Positions 42,872 through 53,907 of a stretch of 64,000 nucleotides of DNA are shown piece by piece. The first letter of the stretch is position 1; every line of letters begins with the position of its first letter. Under the pieces are notes generated by a model. That model saw only the letters and a program-made list of their open reading frames with translations. It did no database searches and was not told the DNA's origin. The stretch is from positions 96,001 through 160,000 of the IMG/VR virus record IMGVR_UViG_3300028603_000002; one strand, given 5' to 3'. The stretch is from a virus. Lineage: Duplodnaviria; Caudoviricetes. Position numbers and translations under genes: made by a program.

Positions 42872-43917
42872 ATGAGTATAAATCAACGCTTCGGAATAGA
42901 CCAGAAAAGAAAAGGAAAGTTAAGTAAATACTTTCAATCTATTGATTTTGAGTTGAATGATAGATTAACAAATACTATTATCAGACAACGACAAAATGAT
43001 ACTAAGATAGGTATTTTATTTGTTGGTAATTTTAAGACTCAAGTTTCAATTAATGAAATTGATAATATAATTGAATCATTGAATGAATCTATTAGTAATT
43101 ATTCGACAGTAAAAAATACTAAGACGAAAATTTACGGAACTTATTCATTAGATTTATCAAAATCAGAAATATATAGATTAATTGAAACATTAAGCAATGC
43201 TAAACAAGTTTTTATGAAAGCATACTCAATGGGCAGATATAGACGATGATGTTAAAACCAGAATCATTTGTACTTTATTCGATACTTTCAGATCGAGATA
43301 AAATTAGTTATATCTCAGATCTATTTAATGCTGAGGATGAAAAGCATAATGATATAACTAATAACTATATGCAGGATTATATGAATATTTTTCCATATGA
43401 AGTTAACCCGTATGTTAAAATACATATCTACTATTTAGAACAATTTGATTCTGTTTTACATATTTTCGACCAGGGTAAATTACTACACTTTAATTCAGAT
43501 AGATTAGTGTCAATTAACTATTATTTAACTCAGTGTTATAGTTTAGGTTATATTCTTACAAGAAATTATGAATATAAAAAAACCAAACATAATAAAGATA
43601 AATTTCATCTTAGGTACTACCGCGCATATAATTTGCTGGGTAGGGCAACTTCCAAGTTAGAAATGAACTGAATTTTTAATTTTAACGCGGTTTTCCGCTC
43701 TTCTACTATGTTTTTAGTAAAAACTGGACCCTTATTATACGACGTCAGAAAACAACTCGTTAAACCGGAGTTAAATGAGCCGGATTTGAAATTGTATTGT
43801 GAATATGTGAAATTAAAGTTTTTTTGTGATGCTGTCTTTACACATGATAAACACTTGTTATGTTGTATGTTGGTTGAAGAGGCAGAAATACTTTCTTCTA
43901 CTGGGGAAGAAGAATAA
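42872..43917 (+). other. Hypothetical CDSs 42872-43249, 43246-43671, 43708-43917
   Basis: Abutting ORFs. Confidence 0.6.
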
Positions 43918-44040
43918 TTTTATTAAACATTAATTTTTAATATGTTATACATTAATTTAAAAAAAATATCAAATTTACTGAAAAATAATTTAAAAAATAT
44001 TTGGTTATCTGAAAAAAAGTCTCTAACTTTAAGGCCTTAT

Positions 44041-44108
44041 AAAGGTTAAAAGGTTAAAAGGTTAAAAGATATAAAGGGTATAAAGGGTATAAAGATTTAA
44101 AAGGTTAA
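44041..44108 (+). repeat. Tandem 8-9 bp repeats (AAAGGTTA / AAAGGGTAT) next to an extremely AT-rich tract; candidate replication origin
   Basis: About 8 units inside the 43920-44380 non-coding gap. Confidence 0.55.
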
Positions 44109-44382
44109 ACATTAATTATTATTAAATAAAATATTTAAATAAATATAAAAAAGTAATATTAAGAAAGATTAGATTATATATTAAAAATAATTAGTAATTA
44201 ATAAAATATATATAATAATAAGTATAATATATAAAAGTATTATACTTTTTTTATGATTAAATATAATAAAGTTAATAGAAATTATATTTATATATAGTAA
44301 AAATAATGTTAAAAAATAAAACAAATAATTGTTTATTAACAGTATATACATTAATAAGTGTATTAATATATAGGACATAAAA

Positions 44383-45417
44383 TTGAAAAAAGTACTTCCA
44401 TACCTTATACTCCTTTCCGCTTTAACTATTTCATGTTGTGTAGCTTATTATAGTGTATATGGGCTTAGTAAAGTATTTTCAGGAGCATCTATAGCAGCTA
44501 TAACCTTAATGTCTTGTTTAGAATTTAGTAAATTAGTAATAGCTACTTCTTTACATACATACTGGAATAAGTTAGAAATATTATTCAAAATATTCTTTAC
44601 ATTCGCTTTAATAACTTTAATGGTTATAACTAGTGCTGGTGTATATGGATTTTTAAGTCATGCTTATGAAATTACTGCAAGTCAAAATAAATACATTGAA
44701 GAAAATATAAAAATTCTAAGTGTTAAGAAAAATAGATTTGAAGAGCAAATTAATGATTTTGATATTGAAAAAAATTCCATCATACCCAGTATAGTAGAAT
44801 TACGTACGCAATTATCTAATCCAAATCAAGTACAGTATGTAGATAGGAAAACAGGACAAATAGTTACTACTAGTAGTTCCTCAGGTAGAAAAGCAGTAGA
44901 AAGTCAATTACAGGATGCAATTGAAAGAAGAAATGAAATATCAAAAAAAATAGAATCATTAACTGATAGTGTATCCAGATTAGAAATACAAATAATTGAA
45001 GATGAAAATTCCAATTCAGCAGCCGCAGAGTTAGGACCTTTGAAATACATTTCTAGAATTTCTGGAAAAAGTATTGATGTAGTTGTAAATTATTTTTTAA
45101 TTTTAATTGTTCTTATTTCAGATCCATTAGCTATCTGTTTAATTCTTCTTGCTAATAAAACAGGAAAGTTTATAAAATCTCCACCCAGAAAAGAAGTAGA
45201 AGAAGTTATACCTGTTAAACAGGATACGGCGGTTAAGGAATCAGAAACAGAAACAGTATCAACATCTCCGAAACTGAAACAAAAACCTGAAGAAAAAGTT
45301 GAAATTAAAATCAATAAAACATTTGATGATACTGTAAGAGAAATTGAAGAAGAAATACAAGAGAGTAAAAAGAGAGAAAGAGATAAATTTGAACCACACC
45401 AAAATTTTCATAGGTAA
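44383..45417 (+). CDS. Membrane protein with a coiled-coil region
   Basis: Three N-terminal TM helices, coiled coil, then ELGPLKY...DPLAI TM segment. Confidence 0.75.
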   Translation: MKKVLPYLILLSALTISCCVAYYSVYGLSKVFSGASIAAITLMSCLEFSKLVIATSLHTYWNKLEILFKIFFTFALITLMVITSAGVYGFLSHAYEITASQNKYIEENIKILSVKKNRFEEQINDFDIEKNSIIPSIVELRTQLSNPNQVQYVDRKTGQIVTTSSSSGRKAVESQLQDAIERRNEISKKIESLTDSVSRLEIQIIEDENSNSAAAELGPLKYISRISGKSIDVVVNYFLILIVLISDPLAICLILLANKTGKFIKSPPRKEVEEVIPVKQDTAVKESETETVSTSPKLKQKPEEKVEIKINKTFDDTVREIEEEIQESKKRERDKFEPHQNFHR

Positions 45418-45860
45418 TGGATATCTACAATGATCAAAATAAAAATCCTGAAATAAAGGAAATAACAAATTCAACAATACAATATGCAATTGTACCCATA
45501 TATCTTCCCAGATTTAATTTTACTGAAATTGTAGAAAAATACTATCAAAAAGTAGAAGAATCATTAAATGGAAAACATGAACTTCAAACATATATACAAC
45601 TTTTTGATAATCCATTAATTGGGTATGAAATCGAAGAAAGTGAATTGCATATGTTAATTCGCTTTTTTAATAGAAGAGAAATTACGTTTATAGTTTGCAG
45701 TAATTTTGGAAAAAATATTATAGAATTTTTAGAATATTCAAAAAATAAATTATATTTTTATGATGGAGTACGATTTTTTGAATTTAATGGATTGGAACAA
45801 ATGTGGAGAAATTTAGACGATGCAATGTTTTCAAAGTATGAAATAAATTTGTATGAATAA
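45417..45860 (+). CDS. Hypothetical protein
   Basis: ORF track. Confidence 0.6.
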   Translation: MDIYNDQNKNPEIKEITNSTIQYAIVPIYLPRFNFTEIVEKYYQKVEESLNGKHELQTYIQLFDNPLIGYEIEESELHMLIRFFNRREITFIVCSNFGKNIIEFLEYSKNKLYFYDGVRFFEFNGLEQMWRNLDDAMFSKYEINLYE

Positions 45861-46533
45861 GAAAGAAAGTTTGGAATTAATCAAAAAGAATTGGGAAAAG
45901 TGGAATGGTATAATTGATACTTTCCTTAAAAGCAGAGCAAGTAAGTTACATGAAATGTATGAAGACTTAGGTGTTGAAAGGGTAGTAATGGCACCTGCTA
46001 GTTCATATGAATTTTTCCACAGTGCCTGGCCTGGTGGTTACATCGATCATGTTTTAAGAGTAATTCAATTTTCTTTACATATACACCAAACATATGAAAA
46101 GCTAGGACTTAGTATAAAGGGGTATACAGTGGAGGAATTGGTTTTCGCTGCTATGCATCACGATTTTGGTAAAATGGGGTATCCTGGCGAAGGAAACGAG
46201 CATTACATCGAAAATACAGATGAATGGTGGAGGACGAACCGCGGAAAAATGTATGACGTCAATGAAAATATTGCTAATATGTCCATCCCAGATAGATCAA
46301 TATATTTGTTACAACATTATGAAATTCCAATAAGTCAAAATGAATTTTTAGCAATAAGAGTTCATGATGGGCCGTATGAAGAAGCAAATAAACAGTATTG
46401 GGTTTCATTTTCTACAAATAGTAAATTCAGAAATAATCTCCCATATATCTTACACCAAGCCGATGTAATGGCTTATAGATATGAGTTTGAACAATGGGCA
46501 AAAGAAAGTAAGAAATTTAGATTGGATGAATAA
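45853..46533 (+). CDS. HD-domain phosphohydrolase
   Basis: APAS...HSAWPGGYIDH, AMHHDFGK, HDG, HQAD. Confidence 0.8.
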   Translation: MNKKESLELIKKNWEKWNGIIDTFLKSRASKLHEMYEDLGVERVVMAPASSYEFFHSAWPGGYIDHVLRVIQFSLHIHQTYEKLGLSIKGYTVEELVFAAMHHDFGKMGYPGEGNEHYIENTDEWWRTNRGKMYDVNENIANMSIPDRSIYLLQHYEIPISQNEFLAIRVHDGPYEEANKQYWVSFSTNSKFRNNLPYILHQADVMAYRYEFEQWAKESKKFRLDE

Positions 46534-46535
46534 TC

Positions 46536-46874
46536 ATGGAAAGTATAATAGCAGTTTTAATAATCATTATTGGAGTATTAGTTTATATTTCGTTTAATTT
46601 ATACTTGAAATTTAATAAGCTAAAGCATGAATTAACAGTATACGTAGATTCAGAGGATAGAATAATAACTTTACTGGATTTTCTATTAAGCTTTCATACT
46701 AAGACTTTAAATGAATTAAAGAGAGTAGATAGATTAGGTTCATTTGAAGCAGATGATGAAGTTGGGTTTACTTTTAAAGCAATAGTTGCAGCTATTGAAG
46801 GTATTAAACAACAAACTAAGATAATAAAGAAGAATTTACAAATAGATGATAAAAATGTTTCGGAGGAAAAATAA
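46536..46874 (+). CDS. Membrane-anchored hypothetical protein
   Basis: N-terminal TM helix; GSFEADDEVG motif. Confidence 0.65.
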   Translation: MESIIAVLIIIIGVLVYISFNLYLKFNKLKHELTVYVDSEDRIITLLDFLLSFHTKTLNELKRVDRLGSFEADDEVGFTFKAIVAAIEGIKQQTKIIKKNLQIDDKNVSEEK

Positions 46875-46877
46875 TAA

Positions 46878-47612
46878 ATGGCCCGTGGAAGGAAGAAGAA
46901 AAAAATGTATTTTGATGTAGAGGTTGAAGAAGCGATTATTGAATATAACTCAATAACAGATAATTTTAGGAAAGAAAGATTATTTAATGACATAATTCAC
47001 CCGGCATTAAAAAAGTTAAGTGAAAACTTAATACACAAATATAAATTCTATTATTACGATACAACATATCGCGATCTAAAACATGCAACAATTGCTTTTG
47101 TTCTTAGTAAGTTACATATGTACACCGAAGGGAAAGGAAAGGCATTCTCATACTTCTCTATTGTTGCAAGAAATTATCTTATAGTACAGAATAGAGCAAT
47201 GTTTAAATCAATATCAGAAAAGGAAGACCTTGCTGTTATTGACGATGAAAGAAATCTTAATGTAGAAATAAATGAAGAGGAGAGAGCAAGCGAGTTAAAA
47301 GATTTTATTGATTTATGGGTAGAATGGATGGATTCTACATTAGAGGATCATTTTACAGAGAGTGAAATGAACATAGCAGATTCAATTATTGAGCTATTTA
47401 AAATACGTGAAAATATAGAAATCTTTAATAAGAAATACTTATACATTCTAATCCGAGAACGAACTGGTAAATCAAATACCCAGAATATCACGTCCGTAGT
47501 GAATAAAGTTAAAAATATTTTCTATAAAATGTATAAAATATATTTGAATACTGGGAAAGTAGACTTTGATGAATATTTATTAGTAAAAGAGGAAGATGAC
47601 GATGGACTTTAA
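46878..47612 (+). CDS. Phage sigma-factor-like protein (gp55-like, late transcription)
   Basis: Region 2-like KLHMY...KGKAFSYFSIVARNYL; lies just before the structural block. Confidence 0.6.
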   Translation: MARGRKKKKMYFDVEVEEAIIEYNSITDNFRKERLFNDIIHPALKKLSENLIHKYKFYYYDTTYRDLKHATIAFVLSKLHMYTEGKGKAFSYFSIVARNYLIVQNRAMFKSISEKEDLAVIDDERNLNVEINEEERASELKDFIDLWVEWMDSTLEDHFTESEMNIADSIIELFKIRENIEIFNKKYLYILIRERTGKSNTQNITSVVNKVKNIFYKMYKIYLNTGKVDFDEYLLVKEEDDDGL

Positions 47613-47976
47613 AGATATTAAGATTTTTAGTGATAAGGGGAAGGATGTAACATTAGAGGATGTATTCAAAGATATTTACAATAACTCCAAGAAAAGAAAT
47701 AAGAAATTATTAGACTTGCTTACTGACCTTGAAGACAGTATTGAAACAGATAGAGACAGATTATTAATGATTCCACTATTACAGAAATATATGGAATTGG
47801 GTGCTGTTACTGATGACAAATTGATAAAAATGGTATTAGCAATACAGAAATTTATAGATTCTAAAAAGAGTAATATTTCGGAAGGAGAAGATCTTAATAT
47901 TCCAAGAGAAGAGATTGAAGAATTATTAAAAAATGTAACTAATGGTAAAATCATTGGGCTTGAAGGCAACAAATAA
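47596..47976 (+). CDS. Hypothetical protein
   Basis: ORF track. Confidence 0.65.
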   Translation: MTMDFKDIKIFSDKGKDVTLEDVFKDIYNNSKKRNKKLLDLLTDLEDSIETDRDRLLMIPLLQKYMELGAVTDDKLIKMVLAIQKFIDSKKSNISEGEDLNIPREEIEELLKNVTNGKIIGLEGNK

Positions 47977-49034
47977 TGTTCATTGGCGAAGTTATCGAAA
48001 CAAAAAAGGCATTCAAACCTAAACAAAAGGATGATGAGGGTAATGTATTACCATTGGGTTCTATACAAATACGAATTGGATCAGAAGATCATTTAGGACA
48101 AGTTAAGAATATATGGGCAAGACCCGCTGAATTTAGTTCGAGAAGAATACCACTAATAGGTGAACATGTAATTGTATTTACTGCACCTACACACGACAAT
48201 TCCAACGAAGCAGTTAAAGCCGTTGGATATTTTTATTTTCCCCCCATTAATGCTACAGATGATTTAACGTTCCATCATTATCCTAAGTTATGGAAGAGAA
48301 GTAAAAATACTTCTGGGGGATCAGCACCCGGTTCTCGGTTAGCGGATCAAAAAATACCAGGATATACGTTTCCAAAGAAACCCAAATCAAGTAAGAATCT
48401 TCAAATTTTTGAGGGTGATGTTTTATATGAAGGTAGATTCGGCCAAAGCATTAGATTTGGGAGTACAGTAGTAGGTAATACAAGTGTATATCAAGAGAAA
48501 CCATGGTGGAAAGGTGGTAGCAATACAGATCCATTAATGATAATGAGGGTTAAGAAACCTGGCGGGTTGGGTTCTGGGCTAAGTAATATAAGCAACTCTA
48601 ATTATACAATTGAAGATATTGATGGAGATGAAAGTAGTATTTATATGACCTCCACCCAGAAACTAATAAAATTAAAATCTGCATTTTCAAGTAATAGAGA
48701 TTCATTAAGATTAGGAACATGGAGTTCTGGGGCTCAAATAGTATTAAATTCAGATAGAATTGTATTAAATGCAAAAAAAGATATGGCATTTGTATTATCT
48801 AAAAACAAAACAATTATTGCTGGAAAAAAGGTGTTATTACAAAGTCAGAAACATAATGTTGATCTAGATGATTTAATGGAATTCATTAAGAAGTTTCTCC
48901 AAATGGTAACTGACTTAACTAAAGGGGTTAAACAGTTCTCGACCGCTGCAGGACCAACATTAGTTTCAACTAACATGGCACAATTCATTAAACATAATAG
49001 CGTAACGTTTAACACGAAGTTTAAGAAGCCGTAA
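47976..49034 (+). CDS. Putative baseplate hub/spike (gp5-like) protein
   Basis: OB-like N-terminus PLIGEHV, EGDVLYEGRFGQSIRFGS, beta-rich QIVLNSDRIVLNAK; position. Confidence 0.5.
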   Translation: MFIGEVIETKKAFKPKQKDDEGNVLPLGSIQIRIGSEDHLGQVKNIWARPAEFSSRRIPLIGEHVIVFTAPTHDNSNEAVKAVGYFYFPPINATDDLTFHHYPKLWKRSKNTSGGSAPGSRLADQKIPGYTFPKKPKSSKNLQIFEGDVLYEGRFGQSIRFGSTVVGNTSVYQEKPWWKGGSNTDPLMIMRVKKPGGLGSGLSNISNSNYTIEDIDGDESSIYMTSTQKLIKLKSAFSSNRDSLRLGTWSSGAQIVLNSDRIVLNAKKDMAFVLSKNKTIIAGKKVLLQSQKHNVDLDDLMEFIKKFLQMVTDLTKGVKQFSTAAGPTLVSTNMAQFIKHNSVTFNTKFKKP

Positions 49035-49061
49035 TATTTATATTTATACATGGAGTAAATT

Positions 49062-49478
49062 ATGGATAGACTAGAAAAATTAATAAGAAAGATAATGAGA
49101 GAGGAATTAGCAAAAGCTATTCTAATTCTTAAGAAAGAAATGAAAGAAAATAGAGGTAGTACTCAATTATCTGAAGTTTTCTCACGTCGACCAAAACCAA
49201 AGAGACCGGTACCTATTGAGAAAAGAGATTATGGATCTAGTGTTCTAAATCATTTATCTGATATGATGGCAGATGATTATAGTAACATGGATGATGTATA
49301 TGAAGATCCCAATTTTATATATGAAGATATAACTGAAGAAATTGCACCACAACCAGTGCAAATTTTTGAAGGTAATGATCCAATTAGTAATATGTTGAAT
49401 AAATCAGTGAGTAAGAAGAATTTTAAAGAAGTGTTGAAGAGAGCAGATGGATTTGCTAAAAATATGAGAAATCAATAA
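49062..49478 (+). CDS. Late hypothetical protein with IRKIMREE leader
   Basis: Double ATATTTAT upstream. Confidence 0.65.
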   Translation: MDRLEKLIRKIMREELAKAILILKKEMKENRGSTQLSEVFSRRPKPKRPVPIEKRDYGSSVLNHLSDMMADDYSNMDDVYEDPNFIYEDITEEIAPQPVQIFEGNDPISNMLNKSVSKKNFKEVLKRADGFAKNMRNQ

Positions 49479-49498
49479 TATAATGGAGATAATGTTGA

Positions 49499-51376
49499 AT
49501 GTCTGAACATAAATTTAACAGGCAAGTAAAATATATTAATCGTGATTTTGCTGAGTATAGGCAACTGCTTGTTAACTACGCAAAGAATTATTTTCCGAAT
49601 ACATATAAGGATTTTAATGAGTCATCTCCCGGTATGATGTTCATAGAAATGGCATCTATGGTTGGGGATGTAATATCATTCTATGGAGATGTTCAATTAC
49701 AAGAAAGTTTTTTACATACAGTGGATGAAAGAATTAACCTTTATAACCTTGCTCAAGGAATGGGTTATAAAGCAAAAACAACAGTTCCTGCAAGTGTAAA
49801 ATTAGATATATTTCAATTAGTACCTAGCATCGGTAGCGGTACAAATACAGAACCAGATTATAGATATGCTTTATTTGTTGAATCTAATATGGAATGTCAA
49901 ACTCAAGATGGTATTAGATTCAGAACCGTAGAGCCAGTAGATTTTAGAAATGATAGTGCGCTAGATCCTAGAACAGTAAGCGTATATTCAACAACATCAG
50001 ATGGTGCGATAGAATATTACTTATTAAAGAAACAAGTAAATGCAGTATCTGGAGAAATAATGACAAGAACGTATGAATTTGGCGATCCAAAAATATACGA
50101 TAAAATTACTCTTCCAGAAGATAATGTTACTGAAATAATTGATATAATTGATTCCGATAATAACAAATGGTATGAAGTAGATTATTTAGCACAAGAATTA
50201 GTTGCTACAGAAGTCCGAAATATACCTGCAAACGATCCTGTGCTAAGCAAACATAGAGATAGTGTCCCATTCTTACTGTGTTATAAACAAACTGAGAGAC
50301 GCTTTGTAACAAGGCTTAGACGGGATGATAGAACAGAAATACAATTCGGCGCAGGGCTGAGTCAAGAAGCGGATGAAGAAATTATACCGAATCCATTTAA
50401 TGTTGGTTTAGGCATTGATTATTTTGCAAGAGTGACTGATGTAAGCGTCGATCCGAAGAATTTCTTATATACTAAAACATATGGAAGTGTACCAGCTGAT
50501 ACTACATTAACTGTAAGATATGGATTAGGATCTGGATTAAGTGATAATGTAAATTCAAATACAATTACTCAAATTGTAAGCATTGATACAAAATCTCCAT
50601 TAGAATTAATTGATCCAACAATACTTGAAACAATTAGAGATAGTATAACGATTAATAATCCTGATCCTGCTTATGGTGGTATGAATAGGAAACCAATTGA
50701 TACAATACGTCAGGAAGCAATGGCTAATTTCGCGGCTCAAAATAGATCAGTTACTAAAGAAGATTATATACTGAGATGTTATACAATGCCCGCTAAATTT
50801 GGAGCAATAGCTAAAGTATACGCTGAACAAGACCAACAATTATCTAGATGGAATGATCTTGAAAAGATACCTAATCCATACGCAATTAATTTGTATGTTT
50901 TGGCATATGATGGCAATAAGAATTTGGTTACAGCAAACGAAGCTATAAAAGAAAATCTAAGACAATACTTGCGACAGTATAGATTAATGACAGATGCAAT
51001 AAACATTAAAGATCCATTTATTGTGAATATTGGAATAGAGTATGATATAGTCACCCGCCCAGATCAATCTAGCGATGTTGTTTTATCGAGATGTACTCAA
51101 AGATTACAAGAATTATTTGATAATGATAGAATGCAGATAAATAGACCAATATTCATAAATAAATTGTATACTGAATTAGATAAGATTGAGGGAGTACAAA
51201 CTGTACAAGATATTAAGATTGTAAATCATTATAATATCAATCAAGGTTATTCTGGTAATGTGTATGATATAGAAACTGCAACGAGACAACAAATTCTATA
51301 TCCCTCCGTTACTCCATGTATTTTTGAAGTTAAATATCCTAATACTGATATCCGGGGACGCGTAAATGACATTTAA
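49499..51376 (+). CDS. Baseplate wedge protein (T4 gp6 / baseplate J-like)
   Basis: KYINRDF...YFP.TY.DF.ESSPGMMFIE...VGDV.SFY; AQNR.VT.EDY. Confidence 0.8.
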   Translation: MSEHKFNRQVKYINRDFAEYRQLLVNYAKNYFPNTYKDFNESSPGMMFIEMASMVGDVISFYGDVQLQESFLHTVDERINLYNLAQGMGYKAKTTVPASVKLDIFQLVPSIGSGTNTEPDYRYALFVESNMECQTQDGIRFRTVEPVDFRNDSALDPRTVSVYSTTSDGAIEYYLLKKQVNAVSGEIMTRTYEFGDPKIYDKITLPEDNVTEIIDIIDSDNNKWYEVDYLAQELVATEVRNIPANDPVLSKHRDSVPFLLCYKQTERRFVTRLRRDDRTEIQFGAGLSQEADEEIIPNPFNVGLGIDYFARVTDVSVDPKNFLYTKTYGSVPADTTLTVRYGLGSGLSDNVNSNTITQIVSIDTKSPLELIDPTILETIRDSITINNPDPAYGGMNRKPIDTIRQEAMANFAAQNRSVTKEDYILRCYTMPAKFGAIAKVYAEQDQQLSRWNDLEKIPNPYAINLYVLAYDGNKNLVTANEAIKENLRQYLRQYRLMTDAINIKDPFIVNIGIEYDIVTRPDQSSDVVLSRCTQRLQELFDNDRMQINRPIFINKLYTELDKIEGVQTVQDIKIVNHYNINQGYSGNVYDIETATRQQILYPSVTPCIFEVKYPNTDIRGRVNDI

Positions 51377-51471
51377 CAACTACATACAAAAAACAATTCA
51401 CAGAAGAAGAAGTAAGAAATGTAAGTAAGGTGCAAAGTTACATTTATGTTTAAAAGAGAAGATGGAGAATA

Positions 51472-52605
51472 ATGTATAAAATAATCTATCCACAACAAGA
51501 TGCTACAATATATGAACTTCATGTAGAACGAAATACTGGAGCAGATCAGATACTGCAATTATCTAAGATTACTGCAGGACAGTATATTGAGGATATACTA
51601 CATAGTGGTGAGATATATGCGGATACTTATGCTTCAAGAATATTAATGAAATTTAATACTACTGAAGTATCAGAAAGTATTTCAAGTGGTGATGTAGGTA
51701 AAGATGTAACATTATTTCTAAAATTGTATGCTAGCGAAGCAGAAGAATTACAAATTAATTATACAGTAGAATGTAGAGCAATTAGTGGATCTTGGTTAAA
51801 TGGTACTGGATATTATGCTAATTCACCTCAAATTACTAATGGAACAAGCTGGAAATATAGAAAATCAAAAACTGATGGTACTGTTTGGAATACAGGTAGT
51901 TATGCAACTGGAGTTACTGGTTCGTGGAGTACTGTTGCAGGGGGCGGTAATTGGTATACAGGAAGTAATTATGTAGGACAACAAACATTTGATTATGAAT
52001 TGCCAGATACAAATATCAATATTACAACCTTATTTAAAGAATGGATAAGTGGAAGTATACCAAATGATGGTATGATTATAAAATTTACAGAGGCTGAAGA
52101 AAAGAGTACAAGTATTTTAGGTAGAATAAACTATTTTTCAAAAGATACACATACAATATTTGTTCCAAGAATTATAATGTATTGGAATAGTTACGTTGGT
52201 AGTGGAACTGGGAGTATTACTCAAATTGATACATCTGAAGATTATGTTGTATATTGTAAAAATCTAAGAAAGACATACAGGGGAAATGAAAAAGTTAAAT
52301 TAAGAATTGGATCGAGACCTAAATATCCGACAAGAACGTATTCAACAGCAAGTGCTTATACAAAAACATATAGATTGCCCACTGGAAGTTATTACGCTAT
52401 CCAGGATATTGTTACAAAGGCAATGGTAGTAGATTTCAATACAGTAGGTACTAAGTTAAATTGTGATAGTAATGGTAATTACATTGATTTGGATGTTAAT
52501 AACCTGATGCCGGAGAGATATTACAAATTTATAATTAAGATAGAAGATTCAGGTGATATAAAGTATATAGATGATGGTTTAATTTTTAAAGTAGAAAGAA
52601 TATGA
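51472..52605 (+). CDS. Virion structural protein (DNRLRE-like N-terminus)
   Basis: QDATIYE...NTG.D..L...SRILMKF; W..GTG; location. Confidence 0.55.
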   Translation: MYKIIYPQQDATIYELHVERNTGADQILQLSKITAGQYIEDILHSGEIYADTYASRILMKFNTTEVSESISSGDVGKDVTLFLKLYASEAEELQINYTVECRAISGSWLNGTGYYANSPQITNGTSWKYRKSKTDGTVWNTGSYATGVTGSWSTVAGGGNWYTGSNYVGQQTFDYELPDTNINITTLFKEWISGSIPNDGMIIKFTEAEEKSTSILGRINYFSKDTHTIFVPRIIMYWNSYVGSGTGSITQIDTSEDYVVYCKNLRKTYRGNEKVKLRIGSRPKYPTRTYSTASAYTKTYRLPTGSYYAIQDIVTKAMVVDFNTVGTKLNCDSNGNYIDLDVNNLMPERYYKFIIKIEDSGDIKYIDDGLIFKVERI

Positions 52606-52994
52606 AGTATTTAATGTTAATAATTTTTGTGTTGGGTTCAATAACAATGTATTCCCAGGATGACAGTACTAAAGTAGCTAATAAAGATTTGATTAAAGCA
52701 GCTGAAACTATTAAAAAACAAAGAGATAGTATTGTTAATATGAAGAAACAACTTCTTGAATTTCGATATCAGACTGATATGGTAGAACAATTGCGGTTGA
52801 GAGATAGTATGTTAATAGCAACATTATTTATGAAGACTGAATTGCAGGACGGAATAGTAATTCGTTATGATAAGATTGTAAAGAATATAAGCAAATCAAA
52901 TGTATGGTATGAAAATAAATATGTTTGGTTTGGAGGAGGAGTCGCATTAACATATCTGGCATCTGTAATTGTGAAAAATTCTGTGGGTAGGTAA
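52602..52994 (+). CDS. Secreted/membrane coiled-coil protein (possible spanin-like)
   Basis: Signal-peptide-like N-terminus, coiled coil, C-terminal WFGGGV TM segment. Confidence 0.5.
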   Translation: MKYLMLIIFVLGSITMYSQDDSTKVANKDLIKAAETIKKQRDSIVNMKKQLLEFRYQTDMVEQLRLRDSMLIATLFMKTELQDGIVIRYDKIVKNISKSNVWYENKYVWFGGGVALTYLASVIVKNSVGR

Positions 52995-53091
52995 ATGACA
53001 TTTAACAATTACATACAAAAAATAATCTTAGAAGAAGAAGTAAGAAATGTAAGCAAGGTGAAAAGTTACATTTATGTTTAAAAGATAAAAT

Positions 53092-53907
53092 ATGATCATT
53101 AACAATATAGAATACAAGATTAAAGAACATGGAGTTAGTAAACTAGTAACAGATGTAACTCCAAAAGAAGGGCAAACTTTTGAAGTTGAAACCCAATTAG
53201 AAATTAATGCGAAAACATATGAATTAAGCTCCAGAAATGGTTCAGGTGTTTATATACTACCACTTGAAAAAGATAAGGTATGGTTAAACTTCATAGCTGA
53301 AAAAATTATAATAACTGATAGTGAATTAGAAAAATTGGGAAACGAATTTGAATATTTCATTGATGATTTAGATGACTTGGAAGTTATTGAAGAAGATATA
53401 TTAGTAGCAGATGGTCAATTCTTTAGATGTGTTGGTTCAGGTACTACATTAAAGAAAAAAGAAGATATGACGTACTATATCTTACTAGGTGGGAAAGCAA
53501 GAAAAATACCAAACTATAAAACATTAGAAGTAATGCTAGCAGAAAGAAATCAGACATTAAATAGCGTAAGAGTTCTCGAAAAGGATCAGTGTGATATAAT
53601 CCCTGATGGTGAAGATATGCCTGATAGAGCATCACAATGGAAAAAAGAACATGAAGATCAAACTAACCTAGAAAAATTAAAAGAATTAGAAAATAATGCT
53701 AAAGAAGCTGGTGAAATGATGGAAGAGGCAAAGGGTGAAGCAAATAAACAAATAGAAGCTGTTAAGGAACAAGCAGCGGCGGCAAAAGCAGAAGCCGAAG
53801 CGGCGAAGGCGGAAGCTAAGGCAGCAGAAGCAGCAGCCGCAGCAGCACAGGCGGAAGCAGAGGCGAAGAAAGCCGAATATGAAGCACAGATAAATAGTGG
53901 AACTTAA
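53092..53907 (+). CDS. Hypothetical protein with an Ala/Glu/Lys-rich coiled-coil tail
   Basis: AAKAEAEAAKAEAKAAE repeats. Confidence 0.7.
   Translation: MIINNIEYKIKEHGVSKLVTDVTPKEGQTFEVETQLEINAKTYELSSRNGSGVYILPLEKDKVWLNFIAEKIIITDSELEKLGNEFEYFIDDLDDLEVIEEDILVADGQFFRCVGSGTTLKKKEDMTYYILLGGKARKIPNYKTLEVMLAERNQTLNSVRVLEKDQCDIIPDGEDMPDRASQWKKEHEDQTNLEKLKELENNAKEAGEMMEEAKGEANKQIEAVKEQAAAAKAEAEAAKAEAKAAEAAAAAAQAEAEAKKAEYEAQINSGT

Larger units (their letters stand above)
51362..53085 (+). repeat. About 95-bp direct repeat (51362-51457 and 52991-53085)
   Basis: GTAAATGACATTTAACAA...GAAGAAGAAGTAAGAAATGTAAG.AAGGTG.AAAGTTACATTTATGTTTAAAAGA. Confidence 0.85.

Noticed and set aside
44181-44378. 65-aa Ile/Leu/Tyr-rich minus-strand ORF
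   Set aside because: Low-complexity product of the AT-rich tract.
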